DNA from: an uncultured Acidaminococcales bacterium | GTDB taxonomy: Bacteria; Bacillota; Negativicutes; Acidaminococcales; Acidaminococcaceae | DNA length: 64,000 nucleotides | Direction: 5' to 3' | Assembly (NCBI GenBank): GCA_964386405.1 | Contig: CAYLRW010000001.1 | Location: 7,776 to 71,775, forward strand | Shown here: positions 35,612 through 45,593 of the stretch, piece after piece | How positions within the stretch are numbered: position 1 is the first letter of the stretch | Layout of the letters: every line of letters begins with the position of its first letter | Notes under the pieces: generated by a model | The model's database searches: none | Told to the model about the DNA's origin: nothing | What the model saw: only the letters and a program-made list of their open reading frames with translations | Translations under genes and position numbers: made by a program

Positions 35612-36508
35612 TTATTTGAGCAAACCGTATTTTTTAAATACATCACAGACTTTTTCTTTTTCTGACGCTGACATAGGTACCAGCGGAAGTCTGACAGGTC
35701 CTGCATCAATTGGGGTTAACATAGAAACAGCCTCTTTTACAGGTATAGGATTAGTTGTTATAAACATGGCTTTTGCCACTGGCAACATTTTAGTATTTAA
35801 ATCCATGGCTTCTTTCACTTTTCCAGCTTCGAAAGCCTGCATTAAGTTCTGTAATAATTGACCTCCGGTGTTGCTCACAACGCTGATAAGTCCAGTAGCA
35901 CCAACAGACATGAAAGGCAGTATCAACATATCATCGCCGCTATAAATGGAAAAGTCTTCCGGCAATACTGAGTACAACTCAGCTACCTGTGAAACATTAC
36001 CTGCAGCTTCTTTGATGGCAACAATATTTTTACAATCCTTAGCCAATCTAACTACAGTCTGAGGCGCTATATTTGAACTTGTTCTACTAGGTACATTATA
36101 AATGATTACTGGTAATTCAGTAATGCTAGCAATTGCTTTAAAATGTTGATAAAAACCTTCTTGCGGCGGCTTGTTGTAATAAGGACCAACAACCAAGAAA
36201 CCGTCAACGCCAGTAGCTTCTGCAGCCTTAGTTAATTCAATTGTGCCTGCCGTATTGTTTGAACCCGTGCCGGCAATAACAGGAACTCTTTTATTTACTC
36301 TTTTGACAACTGTACGAAACAATTCAAGTTTTTCTTCAGTTGAAATGGTCGGTGATTCACCGGTTGTCCCACATACAACTAAACCATCCGATCCGTTGGC
36401 GATCAACCACTCGGCAAAATCTGCCATAGCTGCATAATTAATACTGCCATCTTGATTCATTGGCGTTACCATCGCTGTAAGTAATCTGCCAAAATATGGT
36501 ACTTTCAT
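35612..36508 (-). CDS. dapA: 4-hydroxy-tetrahydrodipicolinate synthase
   Basis: It has the VVCGTTGESPT motif and a length typical of DapA. Confidence 0.92.
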   Translation of the reverse strand: MKVPYFGRLLTAMVTPMNQDGSINYAAMADFAEWLIANGSDGLVVCGTTGESPTISTEEKLELFRTVVKRVNKRVPVIAGTGSNNTAGTIELTKAAEATGVDGFLVVGPYYNKPPQEGFYQHFKAIASITELPVIIYNVPSRTSSNIAPQTVVRLAKDCKNIVAIKEAAGNVSQVAELYSVLPEDFSIYSGDDMLILPFMSVGATGLISVVSNTGGQLLQNLMQAFEAGKVKEAMDLNTKMLPVAKAMFITTNPIPVKEAVSMLTPIDAGPVRLPLVPMSASEKEKVCDVFKKYGLLK

Positions 36509-36535
36509 TAAAAAATCCCCCTGTCATTTCTAAAA

Positions 36536-37744
36536 TTAAAGCTTAAAAGCATCATGTAAAGCTGTCACGGCTTCGTTTAAGCGCTCCTGACTAATGATTG
36601 CCGAAATAGTAGTATCTGAATCCACAGTTTGTAGAATAGTAATACTTTTATCAGCCAAAGCAGCAACAAATGTTGCCATTATTCCTGGAACGCCACGCAT
36701 GCCCGAACCAACTACTGAAACCTTGGAACATTCTAAGTGTACTTCAAAAGAATAGCCCAAATTTGCCAGCAATTTGCACGTTTTATCAGCATCAAACATA
36801 AAAACAGAAAACATCGACTGTTCCGGTTGTAAATTCAAACAGCCAACACTGATCCTATTATGAGCCAAATCATCAAATAATTTGTGCCCGCTATTCACAT
36901 CATTGCCATCAAGTCTGACTTTGAACTGTGCCAAATCTTTAAGATAAGCTACACTGCTGATAATCCGACCAGGCTCAGTAGAATTTTTCTCTACAACATC
37001 TTCATTACAAATCAAAGTGCCAGGTGCATCAGAAAAAGTAGATTTAACAACTATAGGTATTTCTTTTTCCATAGCAATTTCTACGGCTCTGGCATGAATT
37101 ACTTTTGCACCTTGGTGCGCCATTTGGCAAACATCACCGTAGGAAACGCAGTCCAAAATACTTGCATCGGATACAACACGAGGGTCTGCCGTCATTATAC
37201 CTTCAACATCAGTATAAATTTCCACACAATCGGCTTCTAGTGCTACACCAAGCGCAGCGGCAGTTGTATCACTGCCACCTCTGCCCAAAGTCGTAAATCT
37301 GCCATCTTCTGTAATTCCCTGAAAACCGCACACAACCGGTACGATACCTGCATTCATATACAATAAAAGATTTGCAGGATTAATATTTCTAATTTTAGCA
37401 TCTCCAAAATTTGCGTCAGTTTTAATACCAGCTTGTCCACCAGTTAAAGCTGCTGCATTTATTCCTACGCTTTGTAATGAGGCAGCCATAACAGCCGCTG
37501 AAATCAATTCTCCACAGCACATTATGGTATCCAGATCACGTGAATCAACAGAACTGTTCTCTTTTTTTATAATATCTATAAGGCTATCGGTAGCATAAGG
37601 ATCTCCTTTTCTGCCCATAGCCGAAACAACCACTGCAGGGGTAAAACCAGCTTTAATGGCTTCTGAAACTTTATTTCTTGCTGCAATTCTTGCTTCCGCT
37701 GTTGCTACAGAGGTACCGCCAAATTTTTGTACTATTATTTTCAT
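36536..37744 (-). CDS. lysC: Aspartate kinase
   Basis: It has the N-terminal MKIIVQKFGGTSV and C-terminal ACT repeats. I set the start to the second ATG (37744) on RBS spacing. Confidence 0.9.
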   Translation of the reverse strand: MKIIVQKFGGTSVATAEARIAARNKVSEAIKAGFTPAVVVSAMGRKGDPYATDSLIDIIKKENSSVDSRDLDTIMCCGELISAAVMAASLQSVGINAAALTGGQAGIKTDANFGDAKIRNINPANLLLYMNAGIVPVVCGFQGITEDGRFTTLGRGGSDTTAAALGVALEADCVEIYTDVEGIMTADPRVVSDASILDCVSYGDVCQMAHQGAKVIHARAVEIAMEKEIPIVVKSTFSDAPGTLICNEDVVEKNSTEPGRIISSVAYLKDLAQFKVRLDGNDVNSGHKLFDDLAHNRISVGCLNLQPEQSMFSVFMFDADKTCKLLANLGYSFEVHLECSKVSVVGSGMRGVPGIMATFVAALADKSITILQTVDSDTTISAIISQERLNEAVTALHDAFKL

Positions 37745-37762
37745 AGTCATTTTCCCTTATTT

Positions 37763-38794
37763 TCAAATCCATCCATTTTTTATCATAGTTTCAGCAATCT
37801 GTAGGGTATTCAAAGCTGCACCTTTTCTGATCTGGTCGCCAACTACCCACATATTGAAAGAATTGTCCGCTGATTCATCTCTTCTGAGCCGTCCAACATA
37901 AACATCATTTTGGTCGGATGTATAAAGTGGCATCGGATAAATCTGATTCTGCGGTTCATCTTGCATCTGCACGCCAGGAAATTTAGAAATAGCATCTTTA
38001 ATCGCTGCCAAATCCAAGTCTTTTTCCAACTCAACATTTACTGACTCAGAGTGGCTGCGGTATACTGGCACACGAACCGTAGTTGCAGTAATTTTCATAT
38101 CATAGTCTTCGAGAATTTTTCTGGTTTCATTAACCATCTTCATCTCTTCTTTAGTATAAAGATTATCCAAAAATACGTCAATTTGCGGGATAAGATTAAA
38201 AGCAATTGGATAATGCTTGCTAAGGCTGGCACTAGGTAGTATTTTCGCTTCCATAGCTTTGCCTTCTGAATAAGCCTTAACTTGATTGGTTAATTCATCA
38301 ATGCCTTCCTTACCAGCACCTGAAACTGCCTGGTAAGTTGATACAATAATTCTCTTGATTTTTGCCAAATCATAAATTGGTTTCAAGGCCATTACCATGA
38401 TTATAGTTGAGCAATTTGGGTTGGCAATGATTCCTTTATGTTTTAATATTGCATGTGGATTAACTTCCGGAACGACAAGAGGCACCTCTGGATCCATGCG
38501 GAAAGCGCTTGAATTATCAATAACGACAGCACCAGCTTTTACTGCATAAGGCGCAAATTCAGTACTAATTGAACCACCGGCAAATAAAGCAATATCAATA
38601 TCTTTAAAAGATTCACTTGTTGCCTCTTCAACAATATAGTTTTTCCCCATAAAAGGAATTTCGGTTCCTGCACTGCGGCTGGAAGCCAAGAGTCTTAGCT
38701 CAGCAAAAGGGAAATCTCTTTCTTCAATAAGTTTCAAAAATTCCTGTCCAACCGCCCCTGTAGCACCTAAAATAGCAACATTAAACTTTTTCAT
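37763..38794 (-). CDS. asd: Aspartate-semialdehyde dehydrogenase
   Basis: It has the NAD(P) fold ILGATGAVGQ and the active-site region ANPNCSTI. Confidence 0.92.
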   Translation of the reverse strand: MKKFNVAILGATGAVGQEFLKLIEERDFPFAELRLLASSRSAGTEIPFMGKNYIVEEATSESFKDIDIALFAGGSISTEFAPYAVKAGAVVIDNSSAFRMDPEVPLVVPEVNPHAILKHKGIIANPNCSTIIMVMALKPIYDLAKIKRIIVSTYQAVSGAGKEGIDELTNQVKAYSEGKAMEAKILPSASLSKHYPIAFNLIPQIDVFLDNLYTKEEMKMVNETRKILEDYDMKITATTVRVPVYRSHSESVNVELEKDLDLAAIKDAISKFPGVQMQDEPQNQIYPMPLYTSDQNDVYVGRLRRDESADNSFNMWVVGDQIRKGAALNTLQIAETMIKNGWI

Positions 38795-38827
38795 TTCGCC
38801 TTCCCCTTTTCATAAATTAATGGTAAA

Positions 38828-39604
38828 TTATAGCAATTGATCCAATCCGTAAACCAGTCCTTTTTTGTCAACAATCTTACGGCACCCTAGCATTACACCC
38901 GGCATATAACATTCTCTATTAATCGAATCATTACGTATCTTCAAAGTTTCGCCTGCACTACCGAAAATAATTTCTTGAGAAGCAACGAACCCAGGGAGGC
39001 GAACACTATGTATACGCATACCTTCATATTCGGCACCACGTGCACCTTCAAGTTTTTCTTCTTCTGCAGGGTTACCTTGGGCAACAAAGCCGCCACGAAT
39101 TTCTGCTAATTTTTGTGCCGTCAGAAGAGCAGTCCCTGATGGTGCATCAAGTTTCTGATCATGATGCAGTTCAATAATCTCAACCTGAGGAAAATATTTT
39201 GCAGCTTCACAGGCAACTTTCATCATCAAAATTGCTCCTAAAGCAAAATTAGGTGCTATCAGAATACTGGTATTATTTGTTTTAGCTAATTCATCAAGTT
39301 CTGTCATATCATCTTTAGTAAAACCAGTGGTGCCGACAACAGCACATACACCAGCACTTAAAATGATTCTCAGATTATTCATCACTACATCCGGACGGGT
39401 AAAATCAATAACAATATCAGGTTTCACTCTTGCCAAAGCATTTTTCAAATCTGTATCAAATACCAAATTTGTACCATCAATTATCTTATCCTTCGCCATA
39501 ATGTCAACAGCAGCAACCAGTTCCATATCACTTTCTTTTAAAACAGTCCTTACCACTTCACTCCCCATACGGCCCAATGCGCCATTAACAAGAATACGAG
39601 TCAC
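38828..39604 (-). CDS. dapB: 4-hydroxy-tetrahydrodipicolinate reductase
   Basis: It has VNGALGRMG and ELHHDQKLDAPSGTA. I set the start to GTG 39604, which has AAGGAG 9 nt upstream. The track's ATG abuts the RBS. Confidence 0.9.
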   Translation of the reverse strand: MTRILVNGALGRMGSEVVRTVLKESDMELVAAVDIMAKDKIIDGTNLVFDTDLKNALARVKPDIVIDFTRPDVVMNNLRIILSAGVCAVVGTTGFTKDDMTELDELAKTNNTSILIAPNFALGAILMMKVACEAAKYFPQVEIIELHHDQKLDAPSGTALLTAQKLAEIRGGFVAQGNPAEEEKLEGARGAEYEGMRIHSVRLPGFVASQEIIFGSAGETLKIRNDSINRECYMPGVMLGCRKIVDKKGLVYGLDQLL

Positions 39605-39625
39605 TCTAAACATCTCCTTATTATA

Positions 39626-39855
39626 AAATAAAAGCCGTTGGTTATCCCAACGGCTTTTAAATACCTAAGATCACCTGGTATTTGAAGCATTATGAGATAG
39701 CACTCCACCAAAATTTTGGCGACAGTCCGACAGCTATTAACCGGCGGCCCAGCATGACAGTGCGGCCACTATCAAACTTCGGCGGTAACCCTTTCATTCG
39801 TATCAACAAATCCCTTCTCCACGAACTAATAATGCTTTCCGCTCCTCTATCATTC
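39626..39855 (-). promoter_or_regulatory. Lysine riboswitch (L-box) with intrinsic terminator
   Basis: The minus strand reads GATAGAGGAGCGG...GGGTTACCGCCGAAG...CACTGTCATGCTGGGCCGCCGG...CTGTCGCC...TGGTGGAGTGCTATC. The terminator aaaagccgttgggataaccaacggcttttatttt follows at plus 39626-39660. Confidence 0.88.
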
Positions 39856-39871
39856 CTTTTCAATTAGCGTA

Positions 39872-39901
39872 ATTATATACTACTATAAGTTCTTTTGTCA
39901 A
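39872..39901 (-). promoter_or_regulatory. Sigma-70 promoter TTGACA-18-TATAAT for the L-box/dap operon
   Basis: On the minus strand, TTGACA is at 39901-39896 and TATAAT at 39877-39872. Confidence 0.6.
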
Positions 39902-39910
39902 ACACAATTG

Positions 39911-40360
39911 TTATTTAGTACTTCCAAACCCGCCGCCGCGAGTTTCCTTTTGGCTTTCTGTGTCGCCATCTGCCAAAAGAAAAGGATAAAATATACCTTG
40001 TGCAACACGTTCACCTTTGCTTAGCTTAATATCATGATCATTTAGATTGTAAATTAGAAGCTTGATATGCCCTTCGTTATCATCATTATTATAATAATCA
40101 GAGTCAATAATTCCCTGACTATTGATCATCGTCAAACACATTTTCATTGCTATACTTGAACGAAGGTGCATGCCAAGATATTCTGTATCCTGCATGTATG
40201 CCTTAACGCCAGTAGGTACAATATTTACTTGGCAAGGCTTCAAAACAACATCTTCAGGCAGATAAAAATCATAGCCGGCTGAACATTTGGTCTTACGCAC
40301 TGGCAACAAGAAATCAATATTAGCATATTCAGTTACTTTTTCGAAGCCGCGAATTCGCAT
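39911..40360 (-). CDS. dut: dUTP diphosphatase
   Basis: 149 aa with SAGYDF, GIIDSDY and the C-terminal RGGGFGST motif. Confidence 0.9.
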   Translation of the reverse strand: MRIRGFEKVTEYANIDFLLPVRKTKCSAGYDFYLPEDVVLKPCQVNIVPTGVKAYMQDTEYLGMHLRSSIAMKMCLTMINSQGIIDSDYYNNDDNEGHIKLLIYNLNDHDIKLSKGERVAQGIFYPFLLADGDTESQKETRGGGFGSTK

Positions 40361-40427
40361 ATTTTTTCTCCTTGGTCTATTTTTAATGGAATTAATATAT
40401 TATAGCACTATAAATATACTCAAACAA

Positions 40428-40458
40428 GAAAAGCCTGTGCAAAAGCACAGGCTTTTTA
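40428..40458 (-). terminator. Intrinsic terminator after pnp
   Basis: A 12-bp stem aaaagcctgtgc/gcacaggctttt with a 4-nt loop. Confidence 0.85.
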
Positions 40459-40464
40459 ATCATT

Positions 40465-42540
40465 TTATCCTTGCAGAACTGCTTTACGAGAAAGGTTGAT
40501 GCGACCTTTCTGGTCAATCTCAACTACTTTAACTGCAATTTCGTCACCAACAGAAACTACATCTTCAACTTTTTCAACTCTTTCAGTAGAAAGTTGTGAA
40601 ATATGTACAAGTCCCTCTTTACCAGGAAGGATTTCTACAAAAGCGCCAAAATTCATCAATCTTGTTACTTTACCAGTATAAATTTTACCTACCTCTGCAA
40701 CAGCAACAATACCTTCAATCATATCAATCGCTTTTTGAGCAGATATACTGTTGACAGCTGCCACAAAAACCTTCCCGCTGTCATCTACATCAATCTTGGC
40801 TCCTGTTTCTTCAACGATCTTTTTAATCATCTTGCCGCCAGGGCCGATTATATCGCGTATTTTATCAGGATTGATATTAATAGTCGTAATCTTTGGTGCG
40901 TATGGAGAAAGTTCTTTTCTCGGTTCTGATATAGCTTCTAGCATTTTGCCAAGAATGAACGCACGGCCTTTCTTAGCTTGTGCCAAGGCCTGTTGGAAAA
41001 TTTCTTTGTTAATACCATCTATTTTAATATCCATTTGAATTGCAGTAATACCTTTTTCAGTTCCAGCAACCTTGAAGTCCATATCACCGAGGGCATCTTC
41101 CAAACCTTGAATATCAGTCAGAATAGTGAAATAATCTCCATCTTTAACTAGACCCATGGCTACGCCAGAAACCGGAGCCTTAATTGGCACGCCAGCATCC
41201 ATCAAGGATAAAGTACTGCCACATACACTGCCCATTGATGAAGAACCGTTTGATTCCAACACTTCGGAAACAAGACGAATTGCATATGGGAATTCTTCTT
41301 CGGAAGGAATAACCGGCAGTAACGCTCTTTCAGCCAAAGCACCATGACCGATTTCGCGACGTCCTGGAGAGCGAAGCGGTTTTGTCTCGCCTACACTGTA
41401 AGGAGGAAAATTATAATGATGGATGTAACGTTTTGTGTCTTCAACACCAAGGCCATCAATAATCTGTACTTCGCGCAAAGGAGCTAATGCTAAGACATTA
41501 AGTATTTGGGTTTGCCCGCGCGTAAACAGGGATGAACCATGCGGCCTTGCCAGCAAGCCAACTTCACAAGTTACAGGGCGCACCTCATCCAATTGACGTC
41601 CATCAGGACGGATTTTATCAACAGAAATTGTTCTGCGAACTACTGTTTTAATTAGTTTTTGAGTTACATACGCAACATCTTTGCCATTGTCAGGGTATTT
41701 TTCATTAAAAACTTCAGCAATTTCTTTTTTAACTTGAGAAACCATTTCTTCACGATGAAGCTTATCCGCATCCATTAAAGCAGCTTTCAGTTTTTCTGCG
41801 CCGTAAGCCTTAATATCTTCGACAATTTCAGCAGGCGGAACATAAACCGGAACTTCCATTTTCTCTTTGCCGATTTCAGCCTGAATTTTCTCTTGGAAAG
41901 CAACTATGTCTTTAATGACATCGTGTGCGAACCAAATTGCGTCAAGCATTACTTCTTCAGAAACTTCTTTAGCACCGGCTTCTACCATAAGGATAGCATC
42001 TTTGGTACCAGCCACGCCTAAACTTAATTCACTGGTCTTTGTCTGTTCTACGTTAGGGTTAACAATAAATTCGCCATTAATCAAACCGATACGTACACCA
42101 GCGATAGGACCGTCAAATGGTATATCAGAAATGGAAAGTGCGCATGATGCACCAATCATGGCTGCCATGTCAGGCGGATTGTCCTGATCTACAGATACAG
42201 CTGTCGCCACAATTTGAACGTCATTATGATAACCATCAGGAAACATCGGTCTGATAGGGCGGTCAATCAATCTGCTGGTTAAGATCGCAGCCTCGCTCGG
42301 TCTACCTTCCCTTTTTATAAAGCCGCCAGGAATTTTTCCTACAGCATACATTTTTTCTTCAAAATCTACTGTCAGCGGGAAAAAGTCTACACCTTCCCTT
42401 GGAACCTTTGTGCCTGTAACAGCGACAACAACCGCCGTGTCACCATAACGAACTAATACTGAACCATTTGCCTGTTTTGCGATTTTTCCAGCTTCGATAG
42501 TCAGTGTTCTGCCACCAAGCTGCATGCTATAACTATACAT
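40465..42540 (-). CDS. pnp: Polyribonucleotide nucleotidyltransferase (PNPase)
   Basis: 691 aa with two RNase PH domains followed by KH ([11 protein letters not shown]) and S1 ([15 protein letters not shown]) domains. Confidence 0.95.
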   Translation of the reverse strand: MYSYSMQLGGRTLTIEAGKIAKQANGSVLVRYGDTAVVVAVTGTKVPREGVDFFPLTVDFEEKMYAVGKIPGGFIKREGRPSEAAILTSRLIDRPIRPMFPDGYHNDVQIVATAVSVDQDNPPDMAAMIGASCALSISDIPFDGPIAGVRIGLINGEFIVNPNVEQTKTSELSLGVAGTKDAILMVEAGAKEVSEEVMLDAIWFAHDVIKDIVAFQEKIQAEIGKEKMEVPVYVPPAEIVEDIKAYGAEKLKAALMDADKLHREEMVSQVKKEIAEVFNEKYPDNGKDVAYVTQKLIKTVVRRTISVDKIRPDGRQLDEVRPVTCEVGLLARPHGSSLFTRGQTQILNVLALAPLREVQIIDGLGVEDTKRYIHHYNFPPYSVGETKPLRSPGRREIGHGALAERALLPVIPSEEEFPYAIRLVSEVLESNGSSSMGSVCGSTLSLMDAGVPIKAPVSGVAMGLVKDGDYFTILTDIQGLEDALGDMDFKVAGTEKGITAIQMDIKIDGINKEIFQQALAQAKKGRAFILGKMLEAISEPRKELSPYAPKITTININPDKIRDIIGPGGKMIKKIVEETGAKIDVDDSGKVFVAAVNSISAQKAIDMIEGIVAVAEVGKIYTGKVTRLMNFGAFVEILPGKEGLVHISQLSTERVEKVEDVVSVGDEIAVKVVEIDQKGRINLSRKAVLQG

Positions 42541-42659
42541 CGATAGTTACCTCCTCTTATATCCACACATTTTGAGTTACCTGCTGATAATTCGACACAA
42601 ATTTTAAATTACCTTTATTTTTTTTTATAAAATATAGCTAATTTTATCACATATAAAGC

Positions 42660-42703
42660 AAAAATATGGAAGTAGTTTTTCAAACGTTGAAAAACTACTC
42701 CCA
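42660..42703 (-). terminator. Intrinsic terminator after the DEAD-box helicase gene
   Basis: A 12-bp core stem gtagtttttcaa/ttgaaaaactac with a T-run on the minus strand. Confidence 0.75.
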
Positions 42704-42725
42704 CTTTTATTAAATATACTGCTTT

Positions 42726-44318
42726 TTAATCTCTAGCGCGTGCAGGTTCCACATTAACTTTGTAACCTTTGATGGTATTACGGTGCATCACTGCCAAAAC
42801 TTTTTCAGCAACTTCTTCCGGGACTTCAACAAAAGTAAATTTGTCATAAATACTGATCATGCCAATATCTTTTCCTGGAACATCGGCTTCTATAGCGATG
42901 GACTGAATAATATCTTTAACAGTAATCTTTTGGCTGCGGCCTATGTTAATAAACATACGAACCATACCAGGCTTAGCACCGGTATTTCCAAGATCAGGAG
43001 CAACGGTAGTTTCGGCTGGTGCTTCCAGAGCTTTGTTGCCTTCTTGCATTAATTTGACAGCTGCCGCTGCAACTTCCTCAGGGTTGTAGTCCTTTAACAA
43101 CGAACCAATGATTGGCAAATAATCATTATAGTTATTTTGGTCTAAGACGCTTTGCAATTTTGATACTATCATTTCTCTTTGGCGTTCCAGCACGTTAGCT
43201 TCTGTAGGCAGTTGACGTCGAACAATTTTGATATTAACAGCTTTTTCAATCAACTTCAGTTGACGGAATTCGCGCGGAGTAATAAAGGTCAGTGCCACGC
43301 CTTTATTGCCTGCACGACCTGTTCTTCCGATACGGTGTACATAGCTTTCAGGATCTTGCGGAATATCAAAGTTAACAACATGAGTAATATTTTCGATATC
43401 CAGCCCACGTGCAGCAACGTCTGTAGCAATCAGAATATCAACGCGTCCGGCACGGAATTTCTTCATTACACGGTCACGTTGGTTCTGGCTTAAATCTCCA
43501 TGCAAGCCTTCAGCTAAATAGCCACGGGTGCCAAGAGCAATTACCAACTCATCGACGCCTTTCTTAGTGCGGCAGAAGATGATAAGTTTTCCGTTGATCT
43601 CGACATCAAGCAGACGACACAGACCATCTACCTTATCTTTAGTTTCATAATAGAACTGATCAACAGAAGGCGCCGTCACAACTTCTTTATGGATGGCGAC
43701 AAGCTTTGGAGCCTTCATGTATTTCTTAGTTAAGCTGAGAATTGGGCGCGGCATTGTTGCAGAAAAAAGCAATGTCTGACGTTCCGCAGGTAGGTTTTTC
43801 ATAATTTCTTCCATATCCTCAACAAAACCCATATCCAGCATTTCATCTGCTTCATCTACGACCAAAAATTTAATATTTTCAAGTTTAATAGTTGCTCTTC
43901 TGATATGATCAAGAAGTCTGCCCGGTGTACCTATAACGATCTGCACACCACTACGCAGAGAACGGATCTGACGGTCAATTGGCTGGCCGCCGTAAACAGG
44001 TAAAGCTTTAATGCGTTTAGTCTGACCAATCTTACCGATTTCTTCCGCAACCTGTATTGCTAATTCACGCGTCGGTGTCATGACTAAAGCCTGAATATGA
44101 CGATGATCCGTAATATTTTGGACTATAGGAATACCAAAGGCTGCTGTTTTACCAGTTCCTGTCTGTGCCTGCCCTATAACATCATTACCTTCTAATACGA
44201 ATGGTATAGTCTCTTTCTGGATTGGCGAGGGTTCTTCAAAACCCATGTCAGTCAGTGCTGTTACTATCTTTTTGTCTAACAGTAAGTCACCGAACATTTC
44301 TTTTGTGTTGTTTGTCAT
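42726..44318 (-). CDS. deaD: DEAD-box ATP-dependent RNA helicase with C-terminal DbpA-type RNA-binding domain
   Basis: It has a Q motif, Walker A AQTGTGKT, the DEAD box VVDEADEM, SAT and HRIGRTGRAG. The C-terminal RRM-like DbpA domain contains MVRMFINIGRSQ. Confidence 0.9.
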   Translation of the reverse strand: MTNNTKEMFGDLLLDKKIVTALTDMGFEEPSPIQKETIPFVLEGNDVIGQAQTGTGKTAAFGIPIVQNITDHRHIQALVMTPTRELAIQVAEEIGKIGQTKRIKALPVYGGQPIDRQIRSLRSGVQIVIGTPGRLLDHIRRATIKLENIKFLVVDEADEMLDMGFVEDMEEIMKNLPAERQTLLFSATMPRPILSLTKKYMKAPKLVAIHKEVVTAPSVDQFYYETKDKVDGLCRLLDVEINGKLIIFCRTKKGVDELVIALGTRGYLAEGLHGDLSQNQRDRVMKKFRAGRVDILIATDVAARGLDIENITHVVNFDIPQDPESYVHRIGRTGRAGNKGVALTFITPREFRQLKLIEKAVNIKIVRRQLPTEANVLERQREMIVSKLQSVLDQNNYNDYLPIIGSLLKDYNPEEVAAAAVKLMQEGNKALEAPAETTVAPDLGNTGAKPGMVRMFINIGRSQKITVKDIIQSIAIEADVPGKDIGMISIYDKFTFVEVPEEVAEKVLAVMHRNTIKGYKVNVEPARARD

Positions 44319-44326
44319 AATTCCTC

Positions 44327-45571
44327 CTAAAATTCTTCATTTAATTTGTCCAAAGCCAGCGAAAAAGCGGCTAATACACTACGCAATTTGTTATCAGTTC
44401 GAGAGCCATGAAACTTGTGTTTTTGGCAAACAATTCCTCTTTCACTCGCTATAGCCATATATACCAAGCCAACAGGTTTTTCACTTGAGCCGCCGCCTGG
44501 TCCTGCAATCCCAGTAATACTTACACCAAGTGTGGTATTAAAAAGATTTCGAACGCCGGCCGCCATTTCACGTGCTACCTGCTCGCTCACTGCCCCATAT
44601 TTCTTTAAACTATCTTCAGACACGTTTATAACATTAGCCTTTGCCTCATTACTATAAGAAACAACTGAACCCAAAAGATATTCAGAACTTCCAGGAATAT
44701 CAGTCAGCATACTGCTGGCCAAGCCACCTGTGCATGATTCTGCAAAAGCTATCGTGCTTTTTCTTTTTAACAGTTCTTCTCCCAGTTTTTTTGCTAAAGA
44801 CTCGTTATCAACGCCATATATATTATTCTCCAGCCTTCTGCGTACTTCGGTCTCCATTTTTGCTATCATACTTTCCGCCATAGCATAATCAATACTTTTT
44901 GCTGTGATCCTGATAATAATTTCGCCGCTCCTAGCATAAATTGCAATTGTTGGATTGGTCTGCGACATAATAATATCGTCAAGTTTTTCTGCAACAGTTG
45001 ATTCACCGATTCCCTTAAGACGCAAAACTTTGGAGTGAATAATTCCTTGTTGTGCAAAATGTGCTTCTAAAAAAGGCAACATTTGTTCTAAGCATACGTG
45101 TTTCATTTCATTGGGAGGACCTGGCAAGAGTATTATCAGCTTCTCATCAGCTTCAACTGCTAATCCAGGAGCCGTCCCGGCATCATTTTTCAAAATATAA
45201 GACCCTTGCGGTATCATTGCCTGTTTTACATTGTTTTCAGGCATACATATACCACGGTGGATAAAAAATTGATTAATTTTATCCAAAGTTTCCTGATCCA
45301 GTTCCAAGGGAAGATCAAGTACAGAAGCAACCATCTCTTTTGTGATGTCACCGCGCGTTGGGCCCAAGCCACCAGTAGTGACAATAATATCCGCACGAGT
45401 AAGAGCTATCTTTAATACTTCTCTCAATCTCATTTCATTATCGCCAACGGTAGTCTGATATAAAACATCAAACCCTTTCTGATTTAATGCTTTAGATAAA
45501 TATTGAAAATTAGTATTTAAAATATCTCCCAGCAGTAATTCAGTTCCAGTGTTAATTACTTCGACAATCAT
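44327..45571 (-). CDS. cinA: Competence/damage-inducible protein CinA (MoCF-like N-domain plus nicotinamide-nucleotide amidase domain)
   Basis: It has the N-terminal MIVEVINTGTELLLG and C-terminal ESCTGG. I set the start to ATG 45571, which has AGGAGG 9 nt upstream. Confidence 0.88.
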   Translation of the reverse strand: MIVEVINTGTELLLGDILNTNFQYLSKALNQKGFDVLYQTTVGDNEMRLREVLKIALTRADIIVTTGGLGPTRGDITKEMVASVLDLPLELDQETLDKINQFFIHRGICMPENNVKQAMIPQGSYILKNDAGTAPGLAVEADEKLIILLPGPPNEMKHVCLEQMLPFLEAHFAQQGIIHSKVLRLKGIGESTVAEKLDDIIMSQTNPTIAIYARSGEIIIRITAKSIDYAMAESMIAKMETEVRRRLENNIYGVDNESLAKKLGEELLKRKSTIAFAESCTGGLASSMLTDIPGSSEYLLGSVVSYSNEAKANVINVSEDSLKKYGAVSEQVAREMAAGVRNLFNTTLGVSITGIAGPGGGSSEKPVGLVYMAIASERGIVCQKHKFHGSRTDNKLRSVLAAFSLALDKLNEEF

Positions 45572-45593
45572 CCCTACTTGACCTCCTAATGAA

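Noticed and set aside
36476-36484. A TGTAAGTAA half-site inside the dapA coding region.
   Set aside because: There is no partner arm at the right distance and it lies within a coding sequence. It is a chance occurrence.
42541-42725. Absence of rpsO upstream of pnp.
   Set aside because: The 185-nt gap contains only the deaD terminator and a promoter-like extended -10 (TGATAAAAT). rpsO is simply located elsewhere, so this is a gene-order variation and not an anomaly.
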